From the sequence record PP355768.1: DNA of 64,000 bases; one strand, written 5' to 3'. This document shows, piece after piece, positions 9,799 through 15,511 of this stretch (position 1 is the stretch's first letter; each line of letters begins with the position of its first letter). A program made the translations under genes and the position numbers. Under the pieces are notes generated by a model that was given only the letters and a program-made list of their open reading frames with translations, was not told the DNA's origin and did no database searches.

Positions 9799-9834
9799 GA
9801 AAAAGCCCCTCGCTCAAAGAGACAAGGGGCTTTT
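9799..9834. terminator. Bidirectional terminator
   Basis: AAAAGCCCCT...AGGGGCTTTT. Confidence 0.75.
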
Positions 9835-9836
9835 GT

Positions 9837-10007
9837 TTAGAGGTCAGGAGGTGCCTCAGTGTTCTTTTCTGGTTGTTGACGATATTTAACCGGGATCATA
9901 TCATATAGCATTTCAATCGATGCAAATGTGAATGGTACCCGCCCATTAGATGGGGTAGTCAGTATCAGCAGTTGACGCTTTTCATCGATTTCTATACAGT
10001 TAGACAT
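9837..10007 (-). CDS. 56-aa hypothetical protein (not in ORF track)
   Basis: MSNCIEIDEKRQLL...PPDL*, translated by hand; SD GAGGA. Confidence 0.6.
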   Translation of the reverse strand: MSNCIEIDEKRQLLILTTPSNGRVPFTFASIEMLYDMIPVKYRQQPEKNTEAPPDL

Positions 10008-10167
10008 CTTGACGATCCTCTTCTAAGGATTTTTGTGCTCTCAGAACAATCTGATTTATTTGCTCCAGAGAGTCGAAGGAAAGTTGCAGGCCATGACCTT
10101 CATCCGTAGCCTGTATAAATAAAACTCTCTTAGAGGCGTCTACGAAGACTTGAAATTCTTGTTCCAC
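10000..10167 (-). CDS. 55-aa hypothetical protein (not in ORF track)
   Basis: GTG start after GGAGAG; MEQEFQVFVD...RQDV*. Confidence 0.6.
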   Translation of the reverse strand: MEQEFQVFVDASKRVLFIQATDEGHGLQLSFDSLEQINQIVLRAQKSLEEDRQDV

Positions 10168-10168
10168 T

Positions 10169-10549
10169 TTACTCTCCAAAAATAATTACAGGACACTGGT
10201 TTTCTCTGGCTATACGAACCACGTAAGCGTTTACGCCGTACTTAATAGCCAAGCTAGGCTCGTCAAACATAATGCAGCTGAATCGACGACCTATGCGGTA
10301 GGTTTCTAGCATGCTATACGTTGTAATTTTAACGTGAGGTTGAAGTTCATTATACTTCTTCTCTAGGCGTGCCATTTCACGGACACCGGATGCTACGTAT
10401 ACTGCTTGAATACCTTTAAATACTGCAAACTCATAGGCTGTATTAATAGCCTCGAACGTCTTGCCAGTAGCTCGTCCCGGATCGACTGATAGAGGCCAAC
10501 GAAGGTCAAGCTCTAGGAACCTGAATAGTTGGTTACGATCTATGTACAT
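10169..10549 (-). CDS. Small P-loop NTPase-like protein
   Basis: GRATGKT Walker A and CIMFDE Walker B. Confidence 0.65.
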   Translation of the reverse strand: MYIDRNQLFRFLELDLRWPLSVDPGRATGKTFEAINTAYEFAVFKGIQAVYVASGVREMARLEKKYNELQPHVKITTYSMLETYRIGRRFSCIMFDEPSLAIKYGVNAYVVRIARENQCPVIIFGE

Positions 10550-10896
10550 GCTGGCTCCTTAAACCAAACAATGCGAAAACCTGTCTCGTCCTCTAGAGCC
10601 TGCACAATTTGCTCTAACGTCAGAACCTTATCGGATGAGAATGTCCAAAGAAACTGTTGGAGTTCATTCCAAGACTCGGCCTCCATAATCGGAACACCGA
10701 TTTCCTGGCCGAAATAGTCATCAGTACCACGAACGTCAATGCGACCACCGGCATATCGTTTGGCAAATACTTTTCGAGTTAGTTGCCCGCCGTCTGCAAA
10801 ACGATTCGGCTCGGTTACTTCCGTATACGGAATACCCATACGAATGTACCAATTGTTGGAGACTGGCCCCATAAAATTGGTGCTATAAGTGATCAT
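10540..10896 (-). CDS. Hypothetical protein
   Basis: ATG with AGGAG SD. Confidence 0.75.
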   Translation of the reverse strand: MITYSTNFMGPVSNNWYIRMGIPYTEVTEPNRFADGGQLTRKVFAKRYAGGRIDVRGTDDYFGQEIGVPIMEAESWNELQQFLWTFSSDKVLTLEQIVQALEDETGFRIVWFKEPACT

Positions 10897-10912
10897 GATC
10901 ACTCCTTTAAAC

Positions 10913-10989
10913 TGGCAAACCCCAGGAGACTCGAACTCCTACTGCACGGTTTTGGAGACCGGCGTGCTGTCCAGTAACACTCGGGGAAT
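10913..10989 (-). tRNA. tRNA-Trp(CCA), atypical acceptor stem
   Basis: Cloverleaf, loop CT-CCA-AA, encoded CCA; U2:U71 and U3:U70 mismatches. Confidence 0.75.
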
Positions 10990-10993
10990 AGAA

Positions 10994-11185
10994 TTAGCTA
11001 CCGTGGTAGACAGATACTGTCTTACCATTCTGATTCATAACGTAAGCTACCTCATCTTCTTTTAGGAAGATATGCTGATCAAGGCCAGCAATAGAGATGC
11101 TCTTCTGCTTAGGGTTAAACCCAACGCTTGAACCATCGTGAATTTCTTCGCCACCGTTAGGTGACATTACCTTAACTGTTAACAT
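10994..11185 (-). CDS. Hypothetical protein
   Basis: 63 aa, AGGAG SD. Confidence 0.75.
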   Translation of the reverse strand: MLTVKVMSPNGGEEIHDGSSVGFNPKQKSISIAGLDQHIFLKEDEVAYVMNQNGKTVSVYHGS

Positions 11186-11202
11186 TTGCTTCTCCTATAG
11201 TT

Positions 11203-11378
11203 TGCCATCTCTGGCTGTTAAATGACGTCCTAACTATTATAGAGTCGAGCCCAGGCAGACGTCGGCACCCCGGACTACATAGGCTCTAGAACAGCAAATA
11301 ATTAGTATCGATAAAATGGCCTTACCGGCTCCCAGTTCCTTGTTTAATTCCCCGTAACGTCAGGGGACGGTCATTTTA
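11203..11378 (-). ncRNA. Candidate structured RNA
   Basis: No ORF; helices 11214-19/11290-95, 11224-29/11258-63, 11312-21/11369-78. Confidence 0.4.
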
Positions 11379-11385
11379 CCGAATT

Positions 11386-11461
11386 TGGAGCGACTAGGGG
11401 GAATCGAACCCCACTCAGTACCGCTTGGAAGGCGGACGCTGTAACCCGTACAGTTAGTCGC
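11386..11461 (-). tRNA. tRNA-Gly(TCC)
   Basis: Canonical cloverleaf, CCA end. Confidence 0.95.
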
Positions 11462-11599
11462 GGAATTATTTTATTACGCAAGTGCAGCCACCCGAGAATA
11501 TAGATCCGTAACACTTGTCGCACATAACGTCTTCTATTTTAAGAACTCTAAATTTCATAGGGGGTTATTACCTGTAGTAATATGCTTACCTTTTAGGGT

Positions 11600-11669
11600 T
11601 GCTGGCTTCCGGAATTGAACCGGAATTTAATGACAATGTAAACTTAATCACACTGTAACCATAACCAGC
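11600..11669 (-). pseudogene. Degenerate tRNA (intact acceptor and T arms; no CCA, no anticodon stem)
   Basis: GCTGGTT/AGCCAGC acceptor, TCCGG-TTCAATT-CCGGA T arm. Confidence 0.6.
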
Positions 11670-11674
11670 GAAAA

Positions 11675-11750
11675 TGGTGCCCCAAGTAGGAATCGAACCC
11701 ACGACCTACCGCTTACAAGGCGGTTGCTCTCCCGGCTGAGCTATTGAGGC
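11675..11750 (-). tRNA. tRNA-Thr(TGT)
   Basis: Canonical cloverleaf, CCA. Confidence 0.95.
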
Positions 11751-11755
11751 AAGAT

Positions 11756-11832
11756 TGGTCTCCCCTAAGTGATTTGAACACTTGACCTGACGCTCCCAAA
11801 GCGCCCGCTCTGCCAGACTGAGCTAAGGGGAA
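11756..11832 (-). tRNA. tRNA-Pro(TGG)
   Basis: Canonical cloverleaf, CCA. Confidence 0.95.
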
Positions 11833-11837
11833 ATATT

Positions 11838-11915
11838 TGGTACCCACTCCCGGACTCGAACCGGGAACCCTGAAGTCTTAAGCCTCATGCCTCTACCAGA
11901 TTGGACCAAGTGGGT
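11838..11915 (-). tRNA. tRNA-Leu(TAA), short variable loop
   Basis: Loop CT-TAA-GA, 5-nt variable loop, CCA. Confidence 0.85.
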
Positions 11916-11916
11916 G

Positions 11917-12066
11917 CTAATCGTTATCCAAGTAGGCTTCTATAGCCTCTAGGGCTTCCAGAGTAGAGATATTGAATCTCTCTTTAAGCACTACCACTAG
12001 AGTTTCCTGATTCCAGGAATCTACGGAATTAATGTAATTCTCGATGAAATTAGAGTAGCCGCCCAT
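11917..12066 (-). CDS. 49-aa hypothetical protein (not in ORF track)
   Basis: MGGYSNF...YLDND*; start overlaps the upstream stop (TAATG). Confidence 0.6.
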   Translation of the reverse strand: MGGYSNFIENYINSVDSWNQETLVVVLKERFNISTLEALEAIEAYLDND

Positions 12067-12404
12067 TATCGAATCTCCAGACCTTGGAAATACCGCGGGA
12101 ACGGAGAGCCCACTTCAAAGCTAATGCCCCAGTTGAGTTCCACCAGCTCTGACTTATCCAAAAGTAGATCATTGCCTTCAAAGATGTAGCCGTATACAGT
12201 TGGGAACATCGCTGCTAGATCTTCCATATTGGAGTAAGCATCATGCTCTTCACGGAATTGCTCAAACTCTTCAAAGAACTTCTCAAGGAAGAACTCCGGT
12301 ACAATGAACGTTACAACGTCAGTGCTATCATCAATACGATAGACCGTTGCCTGGAATAGGCCGACACCGACCAAGTTGATAGCAGGAGTAGTAAAGATAT
12401 CCAT
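12066..12404 (-). CDS. Acidic hypothetical protein
   Basis: 112-aa ORF. Confidence 0.75.
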   Translation of the reverse strand: MDIFTTPAINLVGVGLFQATVYRIDDSTDVVTFIVPEFFLEKFFEEFEQFREEHDAYSNMEDLAAMFPTVYGYIFEGNDLLLDKSELVELNWGISFEVGSPFPRYFQGLEIR

Positions 12405-12406
12405 TA

Positions 12407-12601
12407 TTAATATACCTTGATTAAAGTATTGTCGATGGTGTTCAGGAACTTAACTGCCGCATCTCTATTAGAGAATGTCTCCAGCACGATAATGTTGTTC
12501 TCAGGATCACCGTTACGCACTCGTATCTGGTACGATACAATCACTTCCCAGCGGAACCATAAAGCTCGTGGATTATATCGCATAAGAATTTTTTGATTCA
12601 T
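12407..12601 (-). CDS. Hypothetical protein
   Basis: 64-aa ORF behind a promoter. Confidence 0.7.
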   Translation of the reverse strand: MNQKILMRYNPRALWFRWEVIVSYQIRVRNGDPENNIIVLETFSNRDAAVKFLNTIDNTLIKVY

Positions 12602-12632
12602 TAGGTAAGCCCTCTCATTAATTTATATAAAT

Positions 12633-12661
12633 ATTATATTATAAATAAGAGCGTTTAGCAA
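12633..12661 (-). promoter_or_regulatory. Early promoter
   Basis: TTGCTA-17-TATAAT. Confidence 0.8.
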
Positions 12662-12692
12662 ATGAATTTTTCGAACTTTCGGGAAAATGCCA

Positions 12693-12904
12693 CCCTAAGT
12701 CAATGCCACTACTTGAGACGTTATAGGCAATCTATCTCAAGTTGTCTGCCCCATTGCTTTCAGTGATTTCTGCACGCAGAAATTCTTCTTGACTGGAGGA
12801 CTTTACCACGTCAAACGGCCGGAAATCAGTGGCTTATTTTATCCTGTCACCCATTACCTGCTTGTCTGAGTTTAATCAGAGAGCCTGTAACGGGCTACTT
12901 GGGA
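12693..12904 (-). ncRNA. Candidate ~210-nt multibranch RNA
   Basis: No ORF; closing helix plus several internal helices. Confidence 0.5.
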
Positions 12905-12906
12905 TT

Positions 12907-13015
12907 TGGAAGTATCAGTTGGATTCGAACCAACGCACCGGCTAACCTAGAGATCACCAGACGTTTCCAAGTCTGCTCACTAACGGCCAGCTGCTTTACC
13001 GTGAGCTTTAGGACT
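12907..13015 (-). ncRNA. tRNA-like RNA with helical extension replacing the anticodon loop, CCA end
   Basis: D arm GCT-CACGGTAA-AGC, T arm GTTGG-TTCGAAT-CCAAC, encoded CCA. Confidence 0.75.
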
Positions 13016-13048
13016 ATTCAGCTCCATAAGCTATTGATACTATTAATT

Positions 13049-13126
13049 TGGTGCAACCGGTTCGATTTGAACGAACGACCCCTGGACTTTCAAACCAGTG
13101 CTCTCACCTCGCTGAGCTACAGTTGC
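13049..13126 (-). tRNA. tRNA-Phe(GAA)
   Basis: Cloverleaf, U31:U39 mismatch, CCA. Confidence 0.9.
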
Positions 13127-13207
13127 GTAATTCGTGCCTGCTCCTTTGAATCAAGAAGTCCACCCCGGTCTTTGGGTCTTTGCAGTACATCACGCTGCTC
13201 TGATGTT

Positions 13208-13295
13208 TGGTGGAACTTGGGAGACTACGTGCTACTCCCCTCACAGACCGGGATTCCCCGCTATCTATGATGCTTAACCGATTAGCTGAAGTCCC
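13208..13295 (-). ncRNA. Anticodon-less tRNA mimic with alanine identity
   Basis: GGGACTT/AAGTTCC acceptor (G3:U70), A73, CCA, D arm, 11-nt T loop. Confidence 0.75.
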
Positions 13296-13301
13296 ATAAT
13301 G

Positions 13302-13377
13302 TGGTAGACCGCCCGGGACTCGAACCCGGAACCTATCGCTTAAAAGGCGAGTGCTCTAACCATTGAGCTAGCGATCT
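13302..13377 (-). tRNA. tRNA-Lys(TTT)
   Basis: Canonical cloverleaf, CCA. Confidence 0.95.
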
Positions 13378-13552
13378 ATGGATATGTTATTGTTACTTCC
13401 CATACATGAGCATAGCAGCTTTTCGATACTATATGGGTTTCCGCTTCTGTTAAAGCGGCTTCAAATGTATCATGTAACGTTGTACCTTCGAATTTAATAC
13501 TTGAATCTCCCGTTTGGGACTCTCTTGTTACAAACGCCTTATACTTAATCAT
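13376..13552 (-). CDS. 58-aa hypothetical protein
   Basis: Start refined to MIKYKAF (GAGG SD); the upstream part of the track ORF is tRNA-Cys. Confidence 0.7.
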   Translation of the reverse strand: MIKYKAFVTRESQTGDSSIKFEGTTLHDTFEAALTEAETHIVSKSCYAHVWEVTITYP

Positions 13553-13565
13553 AAGTACCTCGATT

Positions 13566-13639
13566 TGGAGCACCATCATGGATTTTAACCATGCTTCGAG
13601 GGTTTGCAAGCCTCTGCCTAGTCACTCGGCCAATGATGC
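13566..13639 (-). tRNA. tRNA-Cys(GCA)
   Basis: U73 discriminator, CCA; atypical T loop TTAAAAT; C31:C39 mismatch. Confidence 0.85.
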
Positions 13640-13646
13640 ATTGTTT

Positions 13647-13824
13647 AATTAGGGCGCACCGGAGTTCCACCGATTGCTAACGCTTCACTGCAACCTAAGT
13701 CGCTGTTCTTACCCTAATACTGTATTACTGACTAGGATTTTCACCTAGACGGAGTTAGCACCGTAGCGTGTAGCGGCATACCTCTCCAAACCGGGCCACA
13801 TCTTTCAATTTCGGTGGCAGTATT
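13647..13824 (-). ncRNA. Candidate two-domain RNA with T-loop-like hairpins
   Basis: AATACTG/CAGTATT and ATTAGGG/CCCTAAT closings; CTAGG-TGAAAAT-CCTAG. Confidence 0.5.
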
Positions 13825-13867
13825 CCTACGCGTGCCTGAGTTAATTAAATAACCCTTTCAGTAAAAT

Positions 13868-13945
13868 TGGCGGGAGAGGTGAGATTCGAACTCACTGTCA
13901 TTCGCTTAACAGGCGACCGCCTATACCACTTACTGCTTCTCTCCC
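13868..13945 (-). tRNA. tRNA-Asn(GTT)
   Basis: Cloverleaf, CCA. Confidence 0.95.
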
Positions 13946-13955
13946 AAATAGATTT

Positions 13956-14047
13956 AACAACCAAAGCGCTTTCGTCCATTTAAGCTACAAGGCCTTTATG
14001 CCGCCTGTTGCGTACGCGGGATTCGAACCCGGATCTCTTTGATTGTC
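13956..14047 (-). ncRNA. Circularly permuted tRNA-like RNA (YrlA-like topology)
   Basis: T arm precedes D arm; ends pair as an 11-bp stem in the anticodon-stem position. Confidence 0.75.
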
Positions 14048-14052
14048 AAAAT

Positions 14053-14140
14053 TGGTGGGGGAAGATGGAGTCGAACCACCCGAGCCGCAATGGCAACGAT
14101 TTTACAGACCGCTCTGCTACCACTTACAGAATATTCCCCC
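14053..14140 (-). tRNA. tRNA-Tyr(GTA)
   Basis: Long variable arm, CCA. Confidence 0.95.
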
Positions 14141-14178
14141 GTATTTGAAGAAGCTCTCGTGAGAACCTCTTCAAATAC
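14141..14178. repeat. 38-nt hairpin element, copy 1
   Basis: GTATTTGAAGA...CTCTCGTGAG...TCTTCAAATAC; second copy at 20116-20153. Confidence 0.7.
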
Positions 14179-14278
14179 CTCGTCGAAACGAGATATTTGC
14201 TAACTTATTGTGACTAGGGCTGACCCTTGTGTCTGAGGATACCTCTAGACGGTCATATCTCTTAGCCCAGAGAGAGTT

Positions 14279-14355
14279 TGGCGCGGCTAACGGGATTCGA
14301 ACCCGTGGCTCCGACGTGACAGGCCGGTATGTTGACCGCTGAACACCATAGCCGC
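14279..14355 (-). tRNA. tRNA-Asp(GTC)
   Basis: Canonical cloverleaf, CCA. Confidence 0.95.
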
Positions 14356-14363
14356 TTAATTTG

Positions 14364-14477
14364 TTATTCCGGTTCGTACTCCATCAGATCGTCTGACTCA
14401 CATGTCGGACACTCCCAATGGCATTCACTTAACTCACCGCAATCGGAACAAATGTATAACTTAACTTCATCTTCCAT
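14364..14477 (-). CDS. 37-aa zinc-ribbon mini-protein (not in ORF track)
   Basis: MEDEVKLYICSDCGELSECHWECPTCESDDLMEYEPE*; GAGGA SD; first gene after a promoter. Confidence 0.7.
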   Translation of the reverse strand: MEDEVKLYICSDCGELSECHWECPTCESDDLMEYEPE

Positions 14478-14507
14478 TTGCTTTTCCTCTTTCGTTTCAA
14501 TATAAAT

Positions 14508-14536
14508 ATTATACTAAATTTCAGGGTACTAGGCAA
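14508..14536 (-). promoter_or_regulatory. Early promoter
   Basis: TTGCCT-17-TATAAT. Confidence 0.75.
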
Positions 14537-14548
14537 ATGAATTTTTCA

Positions 14549-14764
14549 TTAATCGTCGTCTTCGTCCCATGAAAGGGAGTGCATGAAGATCGGTAGAACT
14601 GTAGGTTCTACGTCAAGCGACGGGTAGAAATAAGTTTTACCTTGAGACAGGTCAATGAATGTAGGAGTTCTACCCTCCTGCATGTGTTCATCAACCTTGT
14701 CTAGGGCGTCGTTTAACAGTTCGAAGCAGTCAGTATTCGCTCCGCAAACAACGATAAAATCCAT
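14549..14764 (-). CDS. Acidic hypothetical protein
   Basis: 71 aa, coupled to the upstream gene. Confidence 0.7.
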   Translation of the reverse strand: MDFIVVCGANTDCFELLNDALDKVDEHMQEGRTPTFIDLSQGKTYFYPSLDVEPTVLPIFMHSLSWDEDDD

Positions 14765-15141
14765 TAACGACCCCCGTTCGGGAAACCGGAGGCAAGCAGG
14801 AAGCGAACAACGTCTTCCAGCGACGGGCCTTCGCCATCTTCTTCTTCCAGATGGAAAGGCAGAATAGCGTACTGCATCTCAGCTGGCGCTACCGGGGTGA
14901 AGGTAGGCTCTGCGGGAGCTTCCGCCATGAACACTGCGGTTCCGTCAACCAGACGATCGATCGCTTCACAGACTTCTAGCTGTTCTTCGATCTTGGCCTC
15001 GCGTTCGCGCATCAGGGACAGCATCTCAGTGCGATACTCCTCAATACGACGGTCTAGAGACTCGATGTTGTTGGACAGGTTGTCCTGAACAATCATCAGG
15101 CGGACTACAGCAGAATTTCCATTAGTAGGACGTGTGTACAT
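14764..15141 (-). CDS. Coiled-coil hypothetical protein
   Basis: 125 aa, GAGGA SD. Confidence 0.75.
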   Translation of the reverse strand: MYTRPTNGNSAVVRLMIVQDNLSNNIESLDRRIEEYRTEMLSLMREREAKIEEQLEVCEAIDRLVDGTAVFMAEAPAEPTFTPVAPAEMQYAILPFHLEEEDGEGPSLEDVVRFLLASGFPNGGR

Positions 15142-15161
15142 AGTATTTCCTCAATTGATTA

Positions 15162-15434
15162 TTAGATAAAGTCGCCGGTAGAGACTACCAGTTTAATGCT
15201 TTTACGGAAGATTTCGTTCATACCGTCGTGAACCATTACTGTCCCGACCAGTTTTGGAAGGTAGACTTCCACATCAATATTACCGTATGGCATGGCGTGC
15301 TCGTCAGTAAGTTTAGTCCATAACTCCGGCTGAAGCTCGCAGTTATAGAACACCATCCATTCATGATCTCCGTCCCATCCGGCCCAATCAACCACCAGTG
15401 CAGATTCAATACCAGTTGCAGTAATCTTTTCCAT
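15162..15434 (-). CDS. Hypothetical protein
   Basis: 90 aa, GAGGAG SD. Confidence 0.75.
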   Translation of the reverse strand: MEKITATGIESALVVDWAGWDGDHEWMVFYNCELQPELWTKLTDEHAMPYGNIDVEVYLPKLVGTVMVHDGMNEIFRKSIKLVVSTGDFI

Positions 15435-15465
15435 TTGCTAACTCCTCTCATTAATTTATGTAACT

Positions 15466-15494
15466 ATTATACAGTAAATAAGAGCGTTTAGCAA
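15466..15494 (-). promoter_or_regulatory. Early promoter
   Basis: TTGCTA-17-TATAAT. Confidence 0.8.
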
Positions 15495-15511
15495 ATAAAT
15501 TTTTGAATTAT

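Noticed and set aside
12899-13270. 123-aa plus-strand ORF and other ORF-track calls over tRNAs (15805-16005, 16597-16836, 17382-17576, 17585-17839, 17715-17921, 19135-19374)
   Set aside because: They overlap clear tRNA or tRNA-like genes, lack an SD and have unnatural composition
14361-14452. Apparent structured ncRNA with a hammerhead-like CTGATGG
   Set aside because: The hammerhead core is incomplete, and the region is better explained by the SD-led zinc-ribbon ORF
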